Below, one piece after another: positions 54,267-63,521 of a stretch of 64,000 nt of DNA (positions are counted from its first letter, which is position 1; each line of letters begins with the position of its first letter). The stretch lies in the NCBI GenBank assembly GCA_963806975.1, contig CAWEAK010000022.1:68529-132528 (forward strand), given 5' to 3'. Made by a program: the position numbers and the translations under genes. Under the pieces are notes generated by a model. It ran no database searches and was not told the DNA's origin. It saw only the letters and a list, made by a program, of their open reading frames with translations. Origin of the DNA: an uncultured Spirochaetota bacterium. GTDB lineage: Bacteria > Spirochaetota > Brevinematia > Brevinematales > JAOACQ01.

Positions 54267-54367
54267 CCCGTTTTATAATAACCATTCTAATAGATAAAGA
54301 TTATACAAGGCTTTTTATAAAAACTCAAAATTGATCACACTCAATAAGTATAGATATTTTGATAATA

Positions 54368-55117
54368 TCATTCTTTCATTTTAACATATACCGCGGATGT
54401 TCCATTATTATCCTGATATTTTAATTCAAAATAGATCGTATTAGCTTTTATAAGTTTTACCAGTTGAGTATAGCCGTAAGAGCGGGGGTCAAAACCCGGG
54501 TCCAACTGGCGAAGATAAATGCCCATAGTTGATAGATGAGCCCATCCGTCTTCCTGTACAGCCATTTCAAAAGCCTCTTTTAATAAAAGAAGAGGATTTG
54601 CATTTTCTTCTGTTTTTGAATCAGTAATTTTTTTATGAGTTTTTGGCTTGGCTGCAGACTCCAATTCCTGTAAATTTTCTGTATAAATAAAAACATTACT
54701 GGCGTTTACAAAAGCTTTTGGTGTCTTTTTCTCGCCGATTCCAATTACGAACATCCCGGCCTCTCTGATTCTGGTTGCGAGGCGAGTATAATCACTATCA
54801 CTGGAAACGATACAAAAACAATTTACCCAGCCGCTGTGCAAAATATCCATTGCATCAATAATCATAGCGCTGTCAGTTGCATTTTTACCAATTGTATAGC
54901 GAAATTGCTGAATAGGCTGTATGGCAAAATTATTTAATACTTCTTTCCAGCCGTTCATATTCGCGGTTGTCCAGTCACCATAAATACGGCGGATTGTAAT
55001 TGACCCGTATTTACCTGTTTCCAATAACATTTTGCTGATTAGGGCGGGTCTTGCATTGTCTCCATCAATTAATAGTGCAATTTTATACATCAAATTATCC
55101 AAAAATTGTTCCGGCAT
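54368..55117 (-). CDS. NYN (LabA/DUF88-like) nuclease-fold domain protein with C-terminal OST-HTH/LOTUS domain
   Basis: ALLIDGDNA...IRRIYGDWT...IVSSDSDYTRLATRIREAG forms the NYN domain. C-terminal WAHLSTMGIYLRQLDPGFDPRSYGYTQLVKLIKA is LOTUS-like. GAGGAGG RBS precedes ATG 55117. Confidence 0.7.
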   Translation of the reverse strand: MPEQFLDNLMYKIALLIDGDNARPALISKMLLETGKYGSITIRRIYGDWTTANMNGWKEVLNNFAIQPIQQFRYTIGKNATDSAMIIDAMDILHSGWVNCFCIVSSDSDYTRLATRIREAGMFVIGIGEKKTPKAFVNASNVFIYTENLQELESAAKPKTHKKITDSKTEENANPLLLLKEAFEMAVQEDGWAHLSTMGIYLRQLDPGFDPRSYGYTQLVKLIKANTIYFELKYQDNNGTSAVYVKMKE

Positions 55118-55274
55118 TTCAACCTCCTCAAATTTTTTATACTTAATTATGACTTCTTTTATATGTACTTTCAAAAATTATGTATATATTATTCCTTATA
55201 ATACTGAAAAAATTTTGATATGAATTATAAAATCCTTTATACTAAATTCCATTAATATATCTGGAGAATAAATA

Positions 55275-56144
55275 ATGCAAAAATATATTGAAAAAGCTAG
55301 GATAATTATGGAAGCGCTTCCTTATATTAAGGAATTTTATGGAAAGACAATTGTTATCAAATATGGCGGAAATGCCATGGATGATCCGGGACTTAAATTA
55401 AGGGTTATACAAGATTTTGTATTATTAAAACTTATAGGGATGAATATAATAGTTGTGCATGGTGGCGGACCGCATATTACTAATCTTATGGAAAGACTGG
55501 GTAAAAAGGCTGTATTCGTTGAAGGACATCGTGTTACCGATAAAGAAACTATGGAAATAACAGAAATGGTTTTAAGTGGTTTATTAAATAAGGAAATTGT
55601 TGCTATTTTAAATTCAAACGGGGGAAAGGCTGTTGGTATATCTGGAAAGGATGACAACCTGATTGTTGCTGAAAAGAAAGAAGATAAAAGCGGTAAAGGC
55701 TTGGATTTCGGGCTGGTTGGAGAAATTATCAGTATAAATCCTGGTTTACTTTTATCCCTGATAAAAGATGGTTATATTCCCGTAATATCTCCAGTAGCAA
55801 TAGGAGAAGACGGCAATACTTATAATGTTAATGCCGACACTGCGGCAGGAGAAATAGCAGAAAGTGTAAAAGCTGCAAAACTTATATATCTAACGGATAT
55901 TAAGGGAATTTACAGCGATTTAAATGATGAAACAACCTTTCTTGATAGTATAAACGAGACCGATGTGATAAAAATGAAAAAAACCGGCCTCATTTCCAGC
56001 GGGATGCTGCCCAAAATAGACTCTGCAGTAAAAGCTATAAAAAACGGTGTCGAAAAAGTCCATATCATTGACGGGAGGGTTGAACATTCAGTGTTACTGG
56101 AACTTCTTACGGATGCCGGTATCGGAACAGAAATAAAGGCTTAA
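55275..56144 (+). CDS. argB: acetylglutamate kinase
   Basis: IVIKYGGNAM, VVHGGGP and NVNADTAAGE. Confidence 0.9.
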   Translation: MQKYIEKARIIMEALPYIKEFYGKTIVIKYGGNAMDDPGLKLRVIQDFVLLKLIGMNIIVVHGGGPHITNLMERLGKKAVFVEGHRVTDKETMEITEMVLSGLLNKEIVAILNSNGGKAVGISGKDDNLIVAEKKEDKSGKGLDFGLVGEIISINPGLLLSLIKDGYIPVISPVAIGEDGNTYNVNADTAAGEIAESVKAAKLIYLTDIKGIYSDLNDETTFLDSINETDVIKMKKTGLISSGMLPKIDSAVKAIKNGVEKVHIIDGRVEHSVLLELLTDAGIGTEIKA

Positions 56145-56150
56145 CTTTAT

Positions 56151-57390
56151 TCAGCTTAAATAACTCGCATTGATTTTAACATAATCGCAGGTTAGATCGC
56201 TCGTCCAGAGATAGAATTCCTTTTTACCGATTCCCAGGTCAATTGTAATTTGTATTTCAGGTGAAAGCATTTCTCCGCCCGCTTTGCTTTCATTAGCTTT
56301 GTTAACATCACCATTTTCAAATATTAACAGATCGTTAATATATAATTTTAACATTAAAAGCTCAAGCTTGGCTCCGGAATATCCCACAGCGGCCAATATT
56401 CTCCCCCAATTTGGACTCTGTCCAAAAATAGCCGACTTAACAAGATATGAATCAGCAACAGCCCTTGCTGTTTTTTCGGCATCGCTGGATGTAAAAGCAT
56501 TTTTTATATTTATATGTATAATTTTGCTTGCTCCTTCTCCGTCTTTAACGATAAGTTTGCCAATACTCTGACATATTTTTATTAAAACCTGCTTAAAAAT
56601 ATGATACGAATCATCTTCAGTAATAATTTTATCATTTTCAGCCATTCCGTTTGCCATCAAAAAAACACTGTCATTGGTGCTTGTATCGTTATCCACGCTT
56701 ATGCGGTTAAATGAGAGGCTTATAGCCTCTGTTAATGCTTTAATTAGCAGTTCTTTTGCCATCACAATGTCAGTTGTAATAAATACTAGCGATAGTAGCA
56801 TGAAGCTCTGACGGAATAGTCTCCATATCCGGTTTTATCATACCGGCTCCCTTTGCTGTTGCTCCGATCCTGACATGCTTTCCGCTTAACTCGAATTCAT
56901 AAGCTACATTCTTCATTTTTTTATCCGTTGTCATTATGGCATTAGAAAAATTTCTATAATCATTTTCTGTGCGAATCAATCTGCATACCTTTTCAATTCC
57001 ATATTCAACCCTGTCCATTATGAGTTTACGTCCTATTACTCCGGTTGAGGCAACCATTACGGAACCGTCAGAAAGAGCAAGATACTGCTCAACCAATTGA
57101 GCCATTCTAAGAGCATTTTCCTTACCGGTTATTCCAGTAAGGCAGTTGGCGTTGCCGCTATTGACTACAATTGAAGATATTTTATTTTTTGATCGTGATA
57201 TATCAAGGAGAACCGGCGCCGCTTTTACTTTATTTTTTGTGAAAGCACAGGCTATATCGCAGGGTAATTCAGACAAAACCATTCCAAGATCTTTATACCC
57301 TCCATCTTTTAAACCACAGGAAATTCCCGTCGCCCGGAATCCTTTTGGCTCGGTTATTCCTCCCTCTAGGACTCTTAATTGAAGTTCCAT
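56151..57390 (-). pseudogene. argJ: bifunctional ornithine acetyltransferase/N-acetylglutamate synthase ArgJ, reading frame broken at the self-cleavage motif
   Basis: The upstream ORF ends ...AKGAGMIKPDMETIPSELHATIASIYYN and then stops. The downstream ORF begins MLLSLVFITTDIV... The two overlap at 56770-56801 in different frames. Together they make an about 410-aa ArgJ. Confidence 0.8.
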
Positions 57391-57467
57391 AAAGACTCCT
57401 GTTTTAGCACTCTTCTTCATTTATTCAGAACTATTATTGAAGTTTTTAACAGCATGTCCATCAATAC

Positions 57468-57512
57468 CTTTCACAAAATTATCACTAACTGAAAAAAGGA
57501 TTTTTGTGAAAG
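57468..57512. other. 11-bp perfect inverted repeat CTTTCACAAAA-N23-TTTTGTGAAAG between recA and argJ
   Basis: Read directly from the sequence. Confidence 0.4.
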
Positions 57513-57547
57513 CTGTGAGCTTCCACAAACTCCTATCTCCCATTTTT

Positions 57548-58619
57548 TCATCCATGTTCTACAGCGCCACTTTCCTTTGTAGCCTCTGAACCGGATCCAA
57601 AACTTGATGGAATTGCCCCTTCGATTAATTTTTTACGTACCTGTTCTTCAATTTTTTTCAGAAACTGTTGTTTATCTTCCATTTCCTTCAACAGGTTCTC
57701 TCTGCCCTGTGCTATTCTCTCTTCGCCGTAAAAATACCAGGTCCCTTTTCTTTGAATAACACCACATTCGATGGCAGCATCAATTAAACACCCGGTTTTA
57801 GATATTCCTTTACCAAAGATAATGTCAAATTCAGCCTGTTTAAAGGGAGCGGCCATTTTATTTTTTACTACTTTAGCTTTTACCCGGTTGCCGTAATTAT
57901 CCTCTCCTTTTTTTAATGCTTCCAATTTGCGTATTTCAATACGGATAGATGAATAAAACTTCAGCGCCATTCCTCCAGTAGTGGTTTCAGGATTTCCATA
58001 AACCACTCCTATCTTCATCCTTATCTGATTTATGAAAATAACGGCTGTCCTGGTTTTGCTTATTATGGCCGTGAGTTTACGAAGAGCCTGGGACATAAGT
58101 CTTGCCTGCATACCCATCACAGAATCACCCATATTTCCATCGATTTCTGATTTTGGCACAAGAGCAGCAACAGAATCAATCACAATTAATTCAACTGCTC
58201 CACTTCTGACAAGGCTTTCAACAATTTCCAGGGCTTGTTCACCTGTATCAGGTTGTGAGATAAGAAGATTTTTTATATCAATACCGATATTTTCAGCATA
58301 GATGGGGTCTAGTGCATGTTCTGCGTCGATAAAGGCGCATGTTCCCCCCGCCTTTTGAGCTTCTGCTATAATACTTAAAGTTAGAGTAGTTTTCCCTGAA
58401 GATTCAGGACCATAAATCTCTGTTACCCTCCCATAAGGAATACCGCCTATTCCTAAAGCTAGATCAAGAGTAAGGGCTCCTGTGGAAATTACAGGAACAT
58501 CGGTAACTTTTGGCCTATCACCCAGCTTCATAATATGATCCCTTGCCGTATTCTTTTTCGATCTGTGCTATCGCCACCTGTAATGCCTTTTCTTTCTCTT
58601 TATCCGCTAATTCAGCCAT
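57548..58619 (-). CDS. recA: recombinase RecA, with an apparent 1-nt frame disruption after codon about 28
   Basis: The main ORF (57548-58531) carries GPESSGKTT and the full RecA core. The expected N-terminus [28 protein letters not shown] is encoded from ATG 58619 in another frame and runs into a stop. Confidence 0.9.
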
Positions 58620-58700
58620 AAAAACCTGCCTTTATAAATTTCTAAGAATATTATACAACAATTTTTATAAATATGAAAACAAAGCATAATTCTCTTTAGT

Positions 58701-60381
58701 TTATGCAGGATTATTCGGAAGCTGAATATAAAAAGTTGTTTCTTTATCCCCTGTTTCAAACCAAATGTTACCGTTATGTTCAAGGATAATTCGCTCTGCA
58801 ATTGCAAGACCTATGCCACTTCCATGCTCTTTAGTTGTAAAATAAGGTTCAAAAATTTTATCCTGAATCTCTAATGGAATTCCTTTTCCTTTATCAGAAA
58901 TAGATATAATAAAATTATTTTCAGATGAATATCCAGATAAAGTTATCTGTTTTTCACTCTCCACGCTTGATTCGACGGCATTATTCACAAGGTTTATTAT
59001 GACCTGTTTAATTTGACTCTCGTCAAAATTAAGAAAAAAATCTTTCAGATTGATATTCCGATTTATTGTAAATGCAGGATAAGCGTTTTGAAAAAAATCA
59101 GCAAGTTCATTCAATAGAATAATAATATCCCTATTCTCAAGTTTTGGATTTGGCAGCCGTGCAAACTGAGAAAATTCATTTACTAATTTTTCAAGCCTTT
59201 TAGTTTCATTAATTATTGTGGAAGTTGTTTTATTCAAAATTTTCTGAAATTCATTAGGTTTAGATTCATAAGCATATTGAAGACGTTCCGCAGATAATTT
59301 TATAGGAGTCAGTGGGTTCTTTATTTTCATGCGCCAGCCTGCGGGCCATTTCCTGCCAAGCCTCCATACGCTCCATACTTTTTATCTGCCTGTAAGCCGT
59401 TTTTAGCTTAGTTGCCATGGAATTAAAGTTATATGAGAAATCTCCAATCTCATCATGGGTATGAACATGTACTTTATAATCCAGATTACCATCAGCTATT
59501 AATTTTGTACCTTTTACTATCTCTTCAATTGGGACAGTAATATTCCTAGCCACAAAAAAACTCATGAAAAACACACCTACCAATATAGGAACAGTAAGTA
59601 TAAAGATTGAAAGAATTGATACTGGTAGGATATATCTTTTTAATAACCTTAATTGGTATAGAGTATCTGCATTATTTTTTAAATTAAGAAATGCATCAAT
59701 TAATTCTTTTTTCATATTGTTCGCATAAAAAAGATTTCCATTCTTCATAATTACAATGTATGGAACTTCACCAAGATAAAAAAACTTATTTTTTGTGTCA
59801 TTAAAATACTTGATTATATTACTTTGAGACAGCATTACTGATTTTTTGATCTCCTCATCGGTGTTTAATTTGAAAGATATTAAATCATTGTTAATAGTAA
59901 ATATTATAGGAAAGTTCTGAGAATTTAGTTTTAAGTTTGATGTCAGATAGTTTTCAAAATCATTTTTATTCATATTTATCATATTTTTGTAATTGTCAAG
60001 CAGGTTATCTGCAACACTTCGTTCTTTATCAATAAATGTATTTTCTATCAAAAATATCAGATAGAACATTAAAGCGCCGAAAATAATAACAAAACCGAGG
60101 GTTGAAAGTAGAAAGTATGAGGTAATTCTAGCCCGCAGGTTGTAACCGCGAGCTCCTCTTCTCTGAAAGATAAATAGTTTAAAGAAATTGAATAATAACC
60201 ACAAACCAATAAAAGAAGCTATAAAAAATATAGTTGGTATAGTAGTTTTAAGAGTAGTATTTGCCTGAACGGAATATAACCAGCCATACATTCCGGCGGC
60301 AGATAAAATAGACAATATTGTAATAAGAAAAAATATGATGACATTAAGTCTCTTACTCATTGATAATACCATTCTTATCAA
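58701..60381 (-). pseudogene. NtrY-like sensor histidine kinase (TM-HAMP-HisKA-HATPase), frame broken inside the H-box
   Basis: The upstream ORF ends ...MARRLAHENKEPTDSY. The downstream ORF starts MKIKNPLTPIKLSAERL. Joined, they read RRLAHEIKNPLTPI, a canonical H-box. HATPase motifs NLVNNAVES, DKGKGI and GSGIGLAIAE are present. Confidence 0.8.
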
Positions 60382-60958
60382 AATATATAGATTTTATTTT
60401 ATCCGATGTATAATTCCAGGTGTTAACCAAACTATAGATAATATTAAGCGGTGGATACAATTCCAATGAAATAATCTCCTGCCATACTTCAATAAAATAA
60501 ATTTCATCATTATTTAAACTATCCAGATTGATAAGCTTTAGATTCTGAATAACAAGCAGTGAATTTAAAAGTTCCTGAATATTTGGGAACCATCTGCCTC
60601 TTGTTTCATCATTAAAATAAATTTCAGACTCATATCCATTATTTATAATATCTCTTTTATTATGTAAAACAATAGTCAAATTTGAAACTGTGCTGACACC
60701 AGAAAGCAAATTGCTTTTTTTTAAAATTGTAAAATGGTATATTACTTTTAAATTAATTCCATCATCGATTATCCTACCCATATTTACATGATTGGTAGAG
60801 TCTGAAGATAGTGATATTACAAGATAATTTTTCTCGATGGCCAATTTTGTGATCTCAATATGAGCAAAAATAAGATTTGGTACTGTTAAAGTAATTATAT
60901 TAATTAAAAAAAAGAATAGAATCTTAAAGAGATTTGTATTTAAAACCTTACAGAGCAT
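60353..60958 (-). CDS. secreted hypothetical protein, possibly DUF4390-like
   Basis: Signal/TM segment FKILFFFLINIITLTV. Lies immediately upstream of, and overlaps, the kinase gene. The C-terminal block YFIEVWQEIISLELYPPLNIIYSLVNTWNY resembles the DUF4390 pattern. Weak call. Confidence 0.35.
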   Translation of the reverse strand: MLCKVLNTNLFKILFFFLINIITLTVPNLIFAHIEITKLAIEKNYLVISLSSDSTNHVNMGRIIDDGINLKVIYHFTILKKSNLLSGVSTVSNLTIVLHNKRDIINNGYESEIYFNDETRGRWFPNIQELLNSLLVIQNLKLINLDSLNNDEIYFIEVWQEIISLELYPPLNIIYSLVNTWNYTSDKIKSIYFDKNGIINE

Positions 60959-61455
60959 ATAATTTTCCAGTTGTTGTTGTCAAAATATACATTGATATTC
61001 TGAAGGTTATTATCAATTTCCTTATCAATATTTAAAGCAGAGGTATAAGCATCATAGAAACAATAAGCCTTTAATCCAAAATAGATCAAGTAAGAAGAAG
61101 CGAGGAGAATCTGATCTGTGGAATTCATAGCAAAGAAATCCATCGAAGATAAAGGGTATGAGGTTTGGAATTTATATATCATCAAATAATTGAGTGAATG
61201 ATAAACTGTTTCACCCAGAAAAAAGAAAGAACCTTTTGTATATTGCCCATTGTAAAATTCTCCTATTCCCGAATAGACCAAGGAAAACATACCGGCTGCA
61301 AGGGGGTCTTTTTTCTCGGAATAGAGTAGAAAAGCCTTTTTTTGAGCATTTTTTAAATCATCAATTGAGAATTTACCTTGATTATCATCACTATAACTAA
61401 TAAACGGAAGGTTAAGAAAGATGATCAAAAATAATAAAAAAACAAATTTATACAT
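60940..61455 (-). CDS. hypothetical membrane/secreted protein, paralogue of the next gene
   Basis: Signal peptide. Shares the motif SLVYSGIGEFYNGQYTKGSFFF with the neighbour (SVVSPGIGQIYTGDYEKGFFIW). Ends in F. Confidence 0.45.
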   Translation of the reverse strand: MYKFVFLLFLIIFLNLPFISYSDDNQGKFSIDDLKNAQKKAFLLYSEKKDPLAAGMFSLVYSGIGEFYNGQYTKGSFFFLGETVYHSLNYLMIYKFQTSYPLSSMDFFAMNSTDQILLASSYLIYFGLKAYCFYDAYTSALNIDKEIDNNLQNINVYFDNNNWKIICSVRF

Positions 61456-61467
61456 ACCTTATACCAC

Positions 61468-61908
61468 TTAAAATTTATATGAATAGCATACATTAAGAGC
61501 ATCATCTTTAAAATCAAGAGAAATGTTGCTGTTTTTATCCAGAGAGACATCAACTATATTATATAGATATAGAATGGAATAGGTTGTACCAATGCTTATT
61601 ACCCAGAAGAGCCGGTCGTTATCGATTTTATTTTTTAATTTAAATTGAATAGGCGCAAACCCGACTGTAGAAAAATCGACATCGCTAACATTTATTAAAA
61701 AGGCGAAAGATAAAATTGACGATGCTCCCCAGATAAAAAACCCCTTTTCATAATCACCAGTATAAATCTGTCCAATTCCCGGAGAAACCACAGATAAAAG
61801 AACCGCCAGTGGTTTATTTTTTACCTGATCTTGTTGTATGTCTGAAAATAGTCCAGAGAAAGTAAGTATAATAAGAAGAGAAGATAAAAAGATCAATTTA
61901 ATCTTCAT
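61468..61908 (-). CDS. hypothetical membrane/secreted protein (PG-x-GQ-x-Y motif, DUF5683-like)
   Basis: Signal peptide. Motif SPGIGQIYTGDYEKG. Ends in YKF. Overlaps ptsH by 11 nt. Confidence 0.45.
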   Translation of the reverse strand: MKIKLIFLSSLLIILTFSGLFSDIQQDQVKNKPLAVLLSVVSPGIGQIYTGDYEKGFFIWGASSILSFAFLINVSDVDFSTVGFAPIQFKLKNKIDNDRLFWVISIGTTYSILYLYNIVDVSLDKNSNISLDFKDDALNVCYSYKF

Positions 61909-62167
61909 CGAACTTTCTAATCTCCACTAGATCTTTGATTGCCTCAATAGCTGTTATCTCATCTTCTCCATCAGCTATCACTCTTAATATTGTACCTTTT
62001 CCTGCGGCTAAGAGAAGCAGATTCATAATACTTTTTCCATTTACTTCATTGTCATCTTTAATAATTTTTATATCACATTTAAATTTGCTAGCAACATTTG
62101 CCATAAGAGAAGAAGGACGTGCATGAAGACCATATTCATTTTTTACAGTTACATTAATCTCTTTCAT
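61898..62167 (-). CDS. ptsH: phosphocarrier protein HPr
   Basis: His-15 motif GLHARP and Ser-46 motif GKSIMN. Confidence 0.9.
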   Translation of the reverse strand: MKEINVTVKNEYGLHARPSSLMANVASKFKCDIKIIKDDNEVNGKSIMNLLLLAAGKGTILRVIADGEDEITAIEAIKDLVEIRKFDED

Positions 62168-62251
62168 TATTTATACTTAACCCCTGCAAATATTTTAGTT
62201 GATTCTATAATTTATACAAGTGCTTTCTCTTTTTTCATATAATTCATAATT

Positions 62252-63205
62252 CTATTTTCCAGATTCTTCTGCCGAATTATAACCTAATTTTCTCATAATC
62301 TCACGGTAAGCTGCCACTTCTATCAATAAAGGAATATTCCTTCCCGGGCTAACAGGGATCTCTTTTTTGGGAACATTTATGCCCAAAACATTTTCATATT
62401 TTTCATCTATACCAAGCCTGTCATAACTGTATGTGCTGTTCCATTCATTAAGATCAATCATAAGTCCAACTTTTTCAGCTTTAAGGATATTTCCTTCTCC
62501 ATAATATTGTGATACATCAATTATACCAATTCCCCTTATTTCGAGAAAAGGCCCATAATTTAGATATGGTTCTCCAATCAACTCAAAACCCTGGGCAGTT
62601 CTGATTTTTTTTATTTTAACTATATCGTCACATATAAACTTATGTCCCCTTTCTACCAAGCCAAGAATGCTTTCGCTTTTTCCTATTCCACTTTTTCCTG
62701 TTACTAAAACTCCAATATTATATATTGAGATAAAATTTCCATGTATTGCTATAAATGGGGCAAAAACATCAGACAGTATTGTTGAAATCAAAGAAATAAA
62801 CCTTTTACTTGTCAACTTCGTTTTCAGAATCGGGATAGACCATTTATTACTGAGATCAATTATATAACTTGGTATCATTAATCCATGAGTTATAACACAT
62901 ACCGGAATATCGTAAGAGAAAAACTTATCAATGTTTTCAGTTTTACCTTCTTCAATAAGCTTTTCAATAAAAGCCTCTTCACCCTTTCCAATAATTTGAA
63001 TCCTTTGATTTGCAAAACAATCGAAAAAACCAGCAAAAGGTAATCCAGGTCTGTTAACTTCTTCGCTGAAAATCTGCCTGTTCAAACCCTCTTTTCCGGA
63101 TAATACTTCTAATTCTAAAGAATAATCTTGCTCTTCATCAATTTTCAATAGTTGTGAAACAGGTATGCTTGGAATATTGGATTTATCTTCCATTTTATAA
63201 TCCAT
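62252..63205 (-). CDS. hprK: HPr kinase/phosphorylase
   Basis: P-loop GKSGIGKSE, LVERGHKFICDDIV and IRGIGIIDV. Confidence 0.9.
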   Translation of the reverse strand: MDYKMEDKSNIPSIPVSQLLKIDEEQDYSLELEVLSGKEGLNRQIFSEEVNRPGLPFAGFFDCFANQRIQIIGKGEEAFIEKLIEEGKTENIDKFFSYDIPVCVITHGLMIPSYIIDLSNKWSIPILKTKLTSKRFISLISTILSDVFAPFIAIHGNFISIYNIGVLVTGKSGIGKSESILGLVERGHKFICDDIVKIKKIRTAQGFELIGEPYLNYGPFLEIRGIGIIDVSQYYGEGNILKAEKVGLMIDLNEWNSTYSYDRLGIDEKYENVLGINVPKKEIPVSPGRNIPLLIEVAAYREIMRKLGYNSAEESGK

Positions 63206-63499
63206 TTATTTGTGATGATTCTTTATCTTATCCTTTTTATTCTTAATCTCTTTTTCTATTTTATCAGTTACTTTATCAAAAGATTCCTGCCATGTTGGCG
63301 CAGTTTCTTTAGCAAAGTATGTATCCCGGTTTGCAGAAACCTTCAATTCAGTTAAATATTTCCCTCTTTGAAGATCAACAGTTGCATTAATATTAATAAT
63401 TTGTTCATAATAAAATTTAAATTTTTGTAATTTTTTTTCCAGATAGCCTTTCATTTCATCATTAACTTCAGTATGTTTTGATGAATAAGTCACAACCAT
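63206..63499 (-). CDS. hpf: ribosome hibernation-promoting factor (short HPF/RaiA, S30AE family)
   Basis: 97 aa, with MKGYLEKKLQKF...LQRGKYLTELKV. Its stop codon abuts the hprK start. Confidence 0.85.
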   Translation of the reverse strand: MVVTYSSKHTEVNDEMKGYLEKKLQKFKFYYEQIININATVDLQRGKYLTELKVSANRDTYFAKETAPTWQESFDKVTDKIEKEIKNKKDKIKNHHK

Positions 63500-63521
63500 A
63501 ATTATCCTCCATCTATTTCAG

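Noticed and set aside
56802-56817. A 16-nt insertion (ATTCCGTCAGAGCTTC) as the cause of the argJ break, which would make ET the cleavage site.
   Set aside because: A single-nucleotide deletion near 56784 restores the better-matching A-T-I-A-S-F-I-T-T-D motif. It also fits the pattern of 1-nt indels elsewhere. The insertion model is kept only as an alternative.
58620-58700. SOS/LexA operator upstream of recA.
   Set aside because: No convincing palindrome of a known LexA-box type is present (CTGT-N8-ACAG, GAAC-N4-GTTC or TTTG-N5-CAAA). Only an extended -10-like TGTATAAT is visible.
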